Positions 24,383 to 36,564 of a stretch of DNA of 64,000 nt are shown one piece after another (positions within the stretch are counted from its first letter, which is position 1; every line of letters starts with the position of its first letter). The notes beneath the pieces are model-generated. The model did no database searches. It saw only the letters and a program-made list of their open reading frames with translations, and was not told the origin of the DNA. The DNA is from Zygnema circumcarinatum SAG 698-1b (lineage: Eukaryota; Plantae; Zygnematophyceae), in contig CM074806.1 in the NCBI GenBank assembly GCA_037447605.1, positions 1,860,001-1,924,000 on the forward strand, given 5' to 3'. Position numbers and translations under genes: made by a program.

Positions 24383-25167
24383 TGTTGATGTATAGGGTAC
24401 ATCAAGGTGTTGGTACTTAGTTCCTAGCATGAATGTTGTCCTGGACATCAATGTGGTGGTATAGGGACAATGTTATGCATGAATGGTCATGTTTGGTGTA
24501 GGACCGAACATGGGGGGTGCCCGTATCGTTAGGGCATGGTNNNNNNNNNNCAGCACTTGAGCGGGCGGCGGATATGTACGGCTGGGCGGCGGACGTGTAC
24601 GGCCGGGCGGCGGAACAGTACGGACGACCTTGCATAGGTCGGTGCTGGCGTAGGCTTACGTGAGACCGTGAAGTTGGCTGTTGAACGCGTAGCTGGCCGT
24701 TGAACGGCTTGCTGGCTGTTGAATGCATGCGCTTGCTAGTGCGCCTGTGACGTGACATCGGTGGTCACGTCACGCCGGCCGACATAGTTTAAGAGGGAGC
24801 AAGCTTGGCTCTCTCACTCACTCAGTCTCTCTGAATGTTATGCTGCTCGACCGTTGTTGTAAAGGAAGAGTAGGTAGAGGCTGAGGCCTAGAGGAGTCCG
24901 GCCTTGTGTATGAAGGTCGTGAAGGAACTAGCTCTCATCATGCTAAGCTTTAGTGAAGGAGCTAGATGGTGTGTCCCTCATGTGTTGAGGTAGAGGAGGA
25001 GTTCATGGAGGCGAGTAGTGCTTGGCTACTGCAGTTGGGGTGTCGGCTATCTATGAGAGGATAGGATAGTGCTCATGTGAGGAGGAGAATCTAGCATACG
25101 GGATCTATGTAGATTTCCTCAAGAGCTTGTATTACACTCATGAAGTTTAAGGAGTTTTAGGGCCGTG
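24383..25167 (+). mobile_element. Copia-type LTR (same family as 20894-21619), incomplete
   Basis: TGTTGATGTATAGGGTACATC... start, then the internal TAAGGAGTTTTAGGGC motif; N gaps. Confidence 0.7.
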
Positions 25168-25177
25168 NNNNNNNNNN

Positions 25178-28033
25178 GACCTTCCCGACCCCAGCAGCGG
25201 GCGGGTGATGTGCAAGGGTCGATGAAGGCGGGACCCTCAGCCCCTGTCAAGCTGGCAGGAAAGACTAAGCGGAAGCAGCCAGAAGCGACTGCTTGCCCAG
25301 CCACTGCGAGGCCGTAGAAGTTGACTCCAGAGGAGATGGAGAAGATGCAGCAGGAGAACAAAGGTTTCTGTTGCAGGAAGGAGGGGCACAAGGCCCGTGA
25401 TTGTCCTTTGAACAACAAGGACAAGAAGGGCAAGGGACCGGAAAACCCCAACCCACCAGCAGCTTAGGAGTCGATGCTGGTGGGCAGGATAGGCTAGGGG
25501 ATAAGGGAGAAGTGGCTGCCATCAAGGTTAGGAAATTGTTGTTCCTTAAAACTCTGGATATTGTGAAATTGATAGGCAAACCTTCTGGAGTGCATGAACT
25601 GTTTGTGTGTAATGCGCTTCCAGATTCCATTTCTCTCTCCCCCGCCACTATGGTGACTCCTTCTGGATTCATGGATGTAGTGATGCATGGTCAATGGAAT
25701 GTCTTTATCCTCAATGTAATGGGCGATGATGTCTTGGTGGAATGTTCCATGGATGCTTTGCATGTCATGAGGGACACATCCCACATCCTTGGGCTGCATG
25801 TGCTGGTTCCTCAGCACATGGCAGTTCGCACTTTTCCCAACGCCACTTGGCGGTTGGTGAAACAGTTGAGGAAAGGGCACCAGTTGGTGCAAGAGATGGA
25901 AGGATCCACCAGCTTGCTGGTTGGATCACCCTACACATTGGTGTGGAGGACTGCTTGTCCTCAAACCCCGCATATAGTGCGTTCAATCTTCCATCTTGCC
26001 CATCGTACCATGACCTTCCAAGGGTCAGCCAATGGCCACCCAGCAGTGTTACTGCTAGACTCTGGGGCAGATGCTAACTTCGTTAGTTCTGCATTCACCA
26101 CCCGTTTTGGGCTGACCACTGACCCCCATTCCGAGAGTGTTACTTTCGGGGATGGACGCAAAGGCCAAATTTCTGGTAGCGTCACACTCAAGATCAAGCT
26201 CCAATCCTACTCCGGGGCGGTCAAGTGTCTTCTGACACAACTGGCCCCTGAAACTGATGTTATTCTCGAGAGTGCTTGGTTAACCATGGTTAAAGCCCAA
26301 CTGGATTTCTCCACCCCTCAGTGCACTTTGCATTGTGGTGATAAGCGCATCACACTGCATCCTGGTAGACCCGCCACCACTGCGCCCAAGCAAGTGGAAG
26401 CTCCTTATCTCTGCTCAGCCATGCAATTGGCCAAAGCAGTTAAAGAGGGTTGTACCTTGTTTATGGTGCATGTCATGGCAGCCACTAAGGATGTGCATGA
26501 CGAAGATCAGGAATGGCAGATCACACCTACGGATGTGCTCTCGGCTGTTCCATCCCAAATCCAACCTCTGTTGGATGAGTTCAGGTGTAACGAACGGTAT
26601 ACATGGAGTGTATGACCTAGTACTTACATCCGCGGTTGCCTTTTAATGGTAAAGCACTTAGGTGAATACCGGGAGGTCCTGAGTTCGAACCCTGCAGGAG
26701 GCGGGTTTGTTACATCAGGGATGTCTTCCCTGATGACCTTCCAAGAGGGTTGCCACCCTCTCGAGGGGTGGGGGACACGATCCCTCTTGAGCCTGAGCAA
26801 AAGCCGCCTTGGCGGCCGATCTATCGGTTAAGTCCGAAGGAAATCGAAGAAATGCGTAAGCAGCTGGCTAATTTACGGGACAAGGGCTGGATTGAGCCTA
26901 GCCAAAGCCCTTTTGGGGCACCCATCTTGTTTGTTGGCAAGAAAGATGGCTCGTTGAGGATGTGCATTGATTATCGCGCACTCAACAAGATCACCGTAAA
27001 GAACCGTTTTGCTTTACCACGTATTGATGATCTGTTGGATCGTCTTCACGGCGCCAAGGTGTTTACATCACTTGACCTTGCTCAGGGATATCATCAAATC
27101 CGTGTTACGGAGGCTGATGTACCAAAGACTGCGTTCCGGACCCCGATTGGTCATTTCCAATATAAGGTGTTGCCCTTTGGATTGACTAATGCTCCGGCAA
27201 CTTTCCAAGCTGTGATGAACGAGATGTTCATAGGCATGGATGAATTTGTTTTGGTTTACCTCGATGACATCCTTGTCTTCAGTAAGACAAAGGAAGAACA
27301 TCTTGAGCACGTGCGAAAAGTGTTTGAGGTTCTGAGGAAAAACCGATTTTATGCCAAGAGGAAGAAGTGTCACTTCATGCAACGTGAGTTGCTATATCTT
27401 GGGCATATTCTCAATGATCAGGACCTTCGGCCAGACCCTGCCAAAGTTTCGACGGTAGAAACTTGGGCGGCACCGACTGACTTACATCAGTTGAGGTCAT
27501 TCTTGGAATTTGCGAATTATTTTCGTAAGTTCATCCAAGGGTTTAGTAAATTGGTTACTCCCTTGACTAATTTGACACGTTCCGGTGTCCCCTTTGTATG
27601 GACCCCTGAGTGCAAGGAAGCATTCGAGGGTGTGCGCCATGCACTTGTTACCGCACCCACTCTCTGTTTAGCGGACCCGTCAAAACTATATGAGGTGGTT
27701 TGTGACGCTTCGGGATTCGCCTTGGGTGCCGTTTTGTTCCAAGATGGTCAACCTTTGGCTTATGAAAGTCACAAGATGAATCCCGCTGAGCGCAACTATT
27801 CTGCAACAGAACAGGAACTGCTTGTAGTTGTCCACGCCCTGAGGACATGGCGTTGCTATTTAGAGGGGGCGAAAGCGGTCACGTTGGTCACAGACCATCG
27901 CCCGTTGACGTTCCTCTCGACCCAACAGACACTGTCTAGGCGGCAGGCACGCTGGTCTGAGTTCCTCCAAAGGTTTGACTGCCAGTGGGTCTATCCGCAA
28001 GGCAGGCTGAATGTCACGGACCCACTGAGTAGG
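25178..28033 (+). mobile_element. Chromovirus gag end, extra domain, protease, RT, RNase H (best-preserved copy)
   Basis: ORFs 25401-26615 (LLDSGADANF) and 26750-28138 (YLDD, CDASG); interrupted by the mini-LTR at 26586. Confidence 0.92.
26586..26714 (+). mobile_element. 129-bp mini solo LTR with tRNA-like core, TSD TCAGG
   Basis: TCAGG|TGTAACGAACGG...TAATGGTAAAGC...GGAGGTCCTGAGTTCGAACC...GTTTGTTACA|TCAGG; homologous to 21963-22092. Confidence 0.9.
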
Positions 28034-28043
28034 NNNNNNNNNN

Positions 28044-31000
28044 GGGGCCGGAAAACCCCAACCCACCAGCAGCTTAGGGGTCGCTGCTGGTGGACATGCT
28101 CGGTTAGGGGAAGGGATGGAAGCTGCCGCCAGACCTAGGGGACATTTGTTTCTTAGAACCTTGGACATTCTTAAATTGATTGGCAGACCTTTGGGAATGC
28201 ACGATCTCTTTGTGTGTGATGCACTCCCTGTTTCCATTTCCCTCTCCCCTGCCACTGTAGTGACTCCTTCTGGGTTTATGGATGTAGTGATGAATGGTGA
28301 TTGGCATGTCTTTATCCTCAATGCCATGGGCGATGATGTTCTCATGCAATGTGCCATGGATGCTTTGCATGTCATGGGAAACACCTCCCATGTCCTTGGG
28401 CTGCATGTGCTGGTTCCTCAGCACATGGCAGTTCGCACCTTTCCCAACGCTACTTGGAGGTTGGTGAAACAGTTGAGGAAAGGGCACAAATTGGTGCAGC
28501 CGATGGAAGGATCCACCAGTTCGCAGGTTGGATCACCCTACACCTTGGTGTGGAGGACGGCTCGTCCTCAACCCTCGCATATAGTGCGATCCATGGTCCA
28601 TCTTGCCCATCGTGCCATGACCTTCAGAGGGTCAGCCAATGGCCACCCAGCAGTTATACTGCTAGATACAGGTGCAGATGCTAACTTCGTCGGCTCTGCA
28701 TTCACCCTCCGTTTTGGGTTGACCACAGATCCCCATTCAGAAAGTGTTACTTTCGGGGATGGACGCAAGGGCCAGATCNNNNNNNNNNCCAATTGGACTT
28801 TTCCATCCCACACTGCATTCTGCACAGTGGGGATAGGCGCATCACACTGCACCCTGGCAAACCCACATCCACTGCTATCACGCAGGTTGATACTCCTTAT
28901 CTCTGCTCGGCTATGCAATTGGCCAAAGCAGTTAAGGAGGGTTGCACCTTGTTCATGGTGCATGTCATGGCAGCCACTGAGGATGTTCATGACGAAGATC
29001 AGGAATGGCAGATCACATCTACGGATGTGCTCTCGGCTGTTCCATCCCAGATCCAACCTTTGTTGGATGAATTCAAGGATGTCTTCCCTGACGACCTTCC
29101 AAGAGGGTTGCCACCATCTAGGGGGGTGGGGCACACAATCCCTCTTGAGCCTGAGCAAAAGCCGCCTTGGCGGCCGATCTATCGGTTAAGTCCGAAGGAA
29201 ACCGAGGAAATGCGAAAGCAGTTGGCAACTTTACGTGACAAGGGCTGGATAGAACCCAGTCAGAGCCCCTTTGGGGCGCCCATCTTGTTTGTTGGGAAGA
29301 AAGATGGTTCGTTGAGGATGTGCATTGATTATCGTGCACTCAACAAGATCACCGTAAAGAATCGATTTGCTTTACCACGTATCGATGATCTGTTGGATCG
29401 TCTTCACGGCGCCAAAGTGTTTACTTCGCTTGATCTTGCTGGGGTATCATCGGATCAGCGTCCGCGAGGCGATGTACTTAAAGCGCGTTCGAGCGCGCCC
29501 GATTGGTCATTCAATATAAGGTCGCCTTTGGATTGATGATGTCTCCGGCAACTTTCGGGCTGTCGCGGGCGAGATGTTCGGCGCTGAAACGAGGGGCATT
29601 TTGGTTTACCTGGGTGATATCCTTGTCTTAGGTAAGGCGGAGGAGGAGCATCGCTGAACCGTTCGAAAAGTGTTTGGAGAGCCTGAAACACAGTTTTATG
29701 CCAGAGGAAGAAGTGTCATTTTCATTTTAGCGATAGAGTTGCTTTATCTTGGGCATATCACGAATGATCGGGGCCTTCGGCTGATCACCTTAAAGTTTGT
29801 GGTGAAACTTGAAGCCACCGGCCCGACTTGCACCGGTTGAGGTCTTTTACGGGCTTTGCGAATTATTTTCGTAAGTTCATCGAAGGGTTTAGTAAGTTGG
29901 TGACTCCCTTGACTAATTTGACACGTTCCGGTGTCCCCTTTGTATGGACCCCTGAGTGCCAGGAAGCATTCGAGGGTGTCCGCCATGCACACTTATTCAC
30001 AGCACATACAAGGTTTGGCGGACCGTCCAAACCTTATGAGGTAGTTTGTGATGCTTCAGGATTAAGCCTTGGGTGCGGTCTTGTTTCAAGATGGTCCAAC
30101 CTCTGGCGTATAAGCATAAAATGAATCCCGGTGGCCCTTACATTACATTCCATAGCAAACGAGGGGCGCTACTGATGCGGTCACGCCGCGAGGACATAAG
30201 CGGTGCTGTTAGAAGCGGCGGTCCACGGTCACTGACCACCGCCAGCAGCGTTCTCTCTACCAGACCACAGTTTGGCGGCAAACGCGCTAGTCTGAGTTCC
30301 TCCAAAGGTTTGGCGCGGTAGGTCTATCGGCCGAGAAGGCGATGCTAGCGAACCCAACTGGCGGCTTCGGCATCTTGCACGGATAGTGCTTGTCATTTCG
30401 GTGTTGGTGGAGCGAGATGGCAGAGGTGAGGGGCGGCCAACCCGGTCTCAGTCTCGGTATGCTTTGTCATAGATCCTCACGATGGCCTTGATCAACCCTC
30501 CTGCTCTCTCGATCTCGGACAGATGATTCGGGGAGGGTATCTTTAGTGATCCTTTATTCTGGATGGCCAGGTGTGGCTATAAGGACAAGTGGTGCCCTAG
30601 GGGCGGATTTGGTACCCGCGACGTGAGTTAGTGCGTGCCCAAGGCGGACTTGTCTGGCGACTCATTACAGTGGCTCCATGATCCTCCGTCACGGGGGTCA
30701 CATGGGAGTTGCCAAAACCGCGTGAGGCCTTTGCTCGAGGAGTACGGTGGCACAGACTCACCGAGGGGCGTGGCGTATGCTGCAGCTTGTCCAACTTGTC
30801 CATGAGAACAAACCTGCTTGTGGCGGGATCACGGCGATTTGCGACCCCTCACACCTCCTTTTTGAAATGGGATGGTGTGGGTATGGACTTGATCACAGAT
30901 CTTCCTGTGACACCTCGGGGGCATGACTCCATCCTCGTCTTTGTCGATCGGCTCAGCANNNNNGTGCATTTTNNACCAACTNCTAAGNNNNNNGNNNNNN

Positions 31001-32783
31001 NCNNNATTGCACGGTTGTATGTTGANAAAGTGTGGAGCCAGCATGGTCTTCAGTCAGAAATTGTGTCTGACCGTGATCCACGATTCACCGGCCATTTTTG
31101 GACGGAAGTGCTCAAAATCGTTGGGACCAAGCAGGCGTTGAGTACAGCTTTCCACCCGCAAACCGATGGCCAGACGGAACGGGTGAACAGGATCCTGGAG
31201 GATTACCTCCGGCATTATGTGGGACCTACCCCGGATGGGTGGGACGAACTGCTCCCAGTGGCTGAGTATGCCATCAATAATGCTTTCCAGGAGTCCATTG
31301 GTACCACCCCTTTCTTCCTGAATTTTGGTCAGCATCCCCTAAATCCCCTGCAACCAAGGGATCAGTCCCCTGATCCGTGGAACATGGGCGTCCACAGAAA
31401 CCCCGATCCTTGGAAGGCTGAGAGGGGTAGAAGGGACTCAACCCCTCCCTTGATGAATCTTTTGTCGGCTAATATGCGGCTGCGAGAGGAGCCGCGGCAG
31501 ACCACCTTTAGCGGCCCGGTCGCGACAAAGGCCTATCGACGCGTCCGTCACCCAACTCACCTTCAAAGAGAGGCGATGAGGTGTTCTTTGATACGGTGAA
31601 CTTGAACTCAAAGCTTGTAGTGGAACCGTAAGTTGTGGCCCTTCGCCGGACCCTTCAAGGTAAATGGCGCATCAATGAGTCGCTTACGGTTGGATTTACG
31701 GACCATATGAAGGTGCATCCGGTCTTTCATGTGGGATTGCTAAAAGCCTACGCGTGATGGGAGGATCGGCCACCTCCCCACCGGTGGAACGGTGAACTTG
31801 AGTATGAAGTTGGAAACCATTCAAGCCCACGTATTGTGAGAAAGATGGATTCTTCCCGTCACGAATACCTCATTGAAGTAGGATTTGGGCTATGGGGTTG
31901 AACATAGCACATGGGAAGTCGAGGGCAACTTAACCAATTGCCAAGAGCTCATCAATTTGTACTGGGAGGCGCAGGCCGCAGGAGAGCGGGCGAGGGCGGC
32001 TCGGGGGATTCCTGAGCCGTCCCCGCGCAACTCGGAAAGGGACTTGACGGGGATTATCGCTGAGCCCTCCCGGTTATCACGTAGAGTTCGACGCGTGCCG
32101 TTGAAACTACGAGCTGCCTTTACCACCCCACACCTGTGAACGAGGGCGTTCACATTCTCACAGGGGGGAGTAATGTAGCGAAACGCTACAGTCACCCACG
32201 GGAGGTGTACTTAGGGCGTACTCCGTCCTAGTACTCTCACCCCGGGCGCGGGCCGAGTGGTCAAGGCGCCGGGGACCACCTAGGACCAGATAGGTCTTAG
32301 GATCGAACCTTGCGAAAATCGCAAGGGTTTTGTAACGTTTTGGAACGTAACCGTCGTCCGTACAATTACGGGTGACCGTTGGTACAGACGGACTGACAAT
32401 CGGACCCCGCGCCGCGCGCGTAGGATCCGGCCGTGCACCGACGTACGGCGGCGCGCCGCGTCGCGGCGCGCGCCGCGGAATGCGGCGAGCGTACGTACGT
32501 TCAACTCCTCTGACCCATTCGGGTCAGAGATGGACACGTGGCAGTCTGCCATTGGACAGCCCTGCTTCCAATCCTCCATGCTGGTAGGAGGTTCAACGGG
32601 GGAAGCATATAGGGGCGAGGTTGGCTGTCGCCAACCAACCAACGTACCGGCATTCGGTTGCACCCCTGACCAGGGCTGCGCCACTCTCTGAAGCTCTCGC
32701 TCTTGCTCTCGCCCTCTCGCTGAACTCTGAGTGCTGGTGTGTTATTCCGCGCAGGTTGAAGGAGTTAGATTTCAGCCGTTACA
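28044..32783 (+). mobile_element. Chromovirus pol (extra domain to chromodomain) with PPT and 610-bp 3' LTR (32174-32783)
   Basis: DTGADANF, RT, integrase FHPQTDGQTER, chromodomain GYGVEHSTWE; PPT CAGGGGGGAGTAA; LTR TGTAGCG...CCGTTACA. About 29450-30900 is indel-rich. Confidence 0.88.
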
Positions 32784-33578
32784 TATCGTGGCGGATGCGG
32801 TATGTGGCCCAAGTTGAAGATGAAGAAAGTTTTGAGCTTCATCCGGGCATGTGTTTTCCTTCCCTTAAGCCCTGCCCCTTGCACCAACACGCGCAACTCG
32901 GAAAGGGACTTGACCGGGATTATCGCCGAGCCCTGCCGGTTATCACGTAGAGTTCGACGCGTGCCGTTGAAAGTACAAGCTGCCTTTACCACCCCACACC
33001 TGTGAACGAGGGCGTTCACATTCTCACAGGGGGGAGTAATGTAGTGAAACGCTACAGTCATCCATGGGAGGTGTACTTAGGGCGCACTCCGTCCTTGTAC
33101 CCTCGCCGGGGCGCCGACCGAGTGGCTAGGGCGCCGGGCACCACCTAGGAAGGTCCTAGGATCGAACCTTGCGAAAATGCAAGGGTTCGATACGGCGCGA
33201 TATACGTAGGTATATATATCGCGTCGCCGATTTGGTCGAGGATTAGCAAAGTAGTCCGCCATCGGCCATATCTTCCCTTAACGTTTTGGAACGTAACCGT
33301 CGTCCGTACAGATACGGGTTACCGTTGGTACGGACGGACTGACAATCGGATCCCGCGCCGCGAGCGCAGGATCCGGTAGTGCACCGACGTACGGCGGCGC
33401 GCCGCATCGCGGCGCGCGCCCGTGGAACGCGGCGAGCGTTCGTACGTTGTACTCCTTTGACCCCGTTCGGGTCAGAGACGGACACGTGGCAGATTGCCAT
33501 TGGACAGCCCTGCTTCCAATCCTCCATGTTGGTAGGAGGTTCGACGGGGGAAGCGTAAAGGGGCGTGGGTGACTGTCG
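32784..33578 (+). mobile_element. Copia LTR 3' end (32784-32889), then chromovirus 3' UTR, PPT and LTR starting at 33040
   Basis: ...CCTGCCCCTTGCACCAACA matches the end of the 20894 copia LTR; CAGGGGGGAGTAA|TGTAGTGAAACGCTACA. Duplicated at 37224 onward. Confidence 0.75.
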
Positions 33579-33588
33579 NNNNNNNNNN

Positions 33589-34855
33589 GTCCCTTTCCGA
33601 GTAGCGCGTGGACGGTTCGGGAACCCCCCTAGCCGCACTCGCCCGCTCACCAGCGGTCTGCGCCTCCCAGTACAATCTCAGGAGCTCCTTGCTATTTGTC
33701 AGATTGCTCTCACGTTCCCACGTGCTATGTTCAACCCCATAGCCCAACCATTTCACGAGATATTCGTGGCGGAAAGTCTGACCTCTACTCACTGTCCTGT
33801 GTGTCTGAATGGCTTCAACCTCATACTCGAGATCACCTTCAACTTCCACTGGAGGGGGAGGTGGTTGGACTCTCCCATCGTTGCGGTATGCCTTAAGAAG
33901 ACCCACATGAAAGACCGGATGCACCTTCATATGAGCCGGTAAAGCCAACCGGTAAGCGACTTCACCGATTCGCTTCATGACCGAAAAAGGTCCCATGGAA
34001 CGAGGCCACAACTTGCGGGTTCCGCCGTAAGTTTTCAGGCGCAAGTTTGCCGTACTCAGCAATACCTGATCGCCCTCGGCGAAGGTTAATGCAGCACGAC
34101 GACGATCAGCATAGGCTTTCTGCTGCGACTGGGCTGCTAACAGGGTCTGCCTTGCCCTCTGTAACGCCTCGGACATTTTCCGAGTAAAAGCACTAACGGC
34201 GGGAGGTTGACTCCCGCCAGCTCCTCTCATGCCCCAAGGATCTGGGAGCCTGTGAACATCCATGTTCCACACATCTGGCTGCTGATCTCTTGGCTGCAGG
34301 GGATTTAGAGGATGCTGACCAAAGTTCAAGAAGAAAGGAGTGGTACCGATTGATTCCTGGAATGCATTGTTAATGGCATACTCAGCCACCGGGAGCAGTT
34401 CATCCCATCCATCCGGGATGGGTCCCACATAATGCCTCAAATAGTCTTCCAGAATCCGGTTCACCCGCTCAGTTTGGCCATCTGTCTGAGGGTGGAAGGC
34501 TGTACTCATAGCCTGCTTAGTCCCGATAATCCGGAGGATTTCTTTCCAAAATGGCCGGTGAATCGGGTATCACGATCTGAGATGATCTCAGATTGAAGTC
34601 CATGTTGACTCCGGACCTTGTCAACATATAGCGTGCTATCTGCGTCGGCTCTGTTGTCTTAGCGGTGGTACGCAAAATGCACCATCTTGCTGGGGCGATG
34701 CGACAAACGCGAGGATGGAGTCCAGCGGCGGTCCGCGAGCAGAGTGCGGTCGGTCCATACCAGCACTTTCCACTTCTTGTAAGGAGGAGGGCGTTTGGAG
34801 CAAGCCGGGCACCCGATCGGTCGCGAGCTTATCCCGTTGACAAGTTGGGCATGCG
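33589..34855 (-). mobile_element. Minus-strand chromovirus integrase-chromodomain fragment (divergent family)
   Basis: ORF 33472-34509: FHPQTDGQTER...VHPVFHV...EYEVEAIQ..YLVKWLGY..TWE. Confidence 0.88.
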
Positions 34856-36564
34856 TGTAGCGAAACGCTACAGTCACCCCAAGGGTGAAGGGTTACTTAG
34901 AGCCCGGCGTGGCTTTATGTTTCCATCCAATGCAGTACCTAACGGTTAGGGCATCGGATACCCTATAGGACGACGGAGGTCCTAGGTTCGAACCATAAGA
35001 ACTGGTTCACCCGTGGGGCCGCCACATAATCTCTATGGGCCCCACGTCAGCGGCCAAGGTCCCCTCCTCTCAGCGTAGAGGAGGATCACGGACTAACGGC
35101 ACCACGGGACCAATCCGGTCTCGCGATTGGATATCGGGCCCCGGCCCGGATCCCCCTTTGGACTTCCGTCGATACAATACTTGATTTACCCGTTGATGCA
35201 GACGAGGTGTCGGTCGGACCCAGCGTAGCCTCGTAGGCTTCGGACCCGTGCACCCGACTACGGCGTGGCGTCGCCCAGCAGCGCCCGTATCGTCGACGAG
35301 CATTAAATGCGTTATACACCTACGACCCATTAATTGAGAGAGGGACCTTACGTCTTGATCTGCCATTGGGCGGCCACACTTCAATCCTCCATGGCGGTAG
35401 GAGGTTCCAGCGGGGGCGTAAAGGGGGGCGAGGGGTGACTGTCGTCACCCAACCAGCGATACCGGCATCACGGTTTACCGCGGCCATCCGGGCTGCTCCC
35501 CACTACGAAAGCGCCCTCTCTCTCGAAGCCCTCTCATTACGAACTGTTTTCTTTGAGTCGCGGTTGAGATGCAATTCAGCGCGAAAGAAGGTAGATTTCA
35601 GTTGTTACATTGGTATCGAGCGTTAGCGGCCTTCTTCTTTTGGAAGAACCTAGTGGGTCATGGTGACCACTCGCCGGGCGGGGAGGGACCCGGGGCCCTC
35701 GGGGCCGCCACCTCCACCACCCGGCCCCCGGGACGCGGAGATGGAGGAGGACTCGGAGACGACGCCCGTCCCTATGGAGGGGCCGAGTCCCGAGCCCACG
35801 GGTGATCAAGGTCACCCGGAGACCACCGCCCCTCTCCCCACCCAACCGGAGCCCGTGGCTCCGGTAGAAGCCTCAACTGGGCCCTACCCCATGATCGGGG
35901 CCCACATCACCGTGGGCGCGGCCCAGAAGATGAGGAACAGGATTGAGGATCTGGGGAAGAGCGTGAGGGAGCAGAACGTGAATACGTTGAGCTGCTCAAG
36001 GAAGGTGGACGACATGGAGCTCACGGTCCGCCGTCTGGTGGACACGCTCCAAATGGAGTTCCGGAGCCTTTCGGACAGGTTCCGAAGGATCGAGGAAGGT
36101 ATGCCCCGAACCCCCCCTCAGGCTGTAGAGGCAGTGGATGCAGCAGGTCCTGGGGAAGGGGTTAGGCAAACCACTCCGGTAGCGTCGTCTGTCCCGACGC
36201 CCCAACCGGCTGCCGGAAGCAGCCGGCAGAAGTCCGGACCCCCTGGTTTTTCCACGGGGGGAAGTCACTCCCATGGGGGTGGCGAACCACCTAGCGAGTG
36301 GGGACCCGTGGTGGCATTTCTTTGGCCGGAGAGATCGATCCTGGTGCTCCCATAACCCTAGGATGCGGGAATGAACCCAGGTGGCCCCTCTTTCCTTTTT
36401 AGGCCCGAACATCCTACCGCGGACTGCCGATTGGCGGTGGTTGGGTCAAACGAAGGGTTACCTTCTTGCGACCAAGCTGTCCCCCCCTCCCAGTGGGTAA
36501 GCTTGCTTACCCGGCACTGAAGGAGCATGCAGGTATTGTATGAGGGCCTCTCGATGAATGAGGG
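34856..36564 (+). mobile_element. Chromovirus 5' LTR (34856-35609), PBS and gag start
   Basis: ATGCG|TGTAGCGAAACGCTACA...GTTGTTACA, then TGGTATCGAGC; gag N-terminus MVTTRRAG at 35660. Confidence 0.8.

Noticed and set aside
25650-25850. Extra Pol domain as a C5-cytosine methyltransferase (ILNVMG like ENV; VPQ...R.F like motif VIII)
   Set aside because: No PC catalytic dipeptide, no FxGxG, no Glu in motif VI, and the motif IV-VI spacing is far too short; a Dam-like fold fits the length better.
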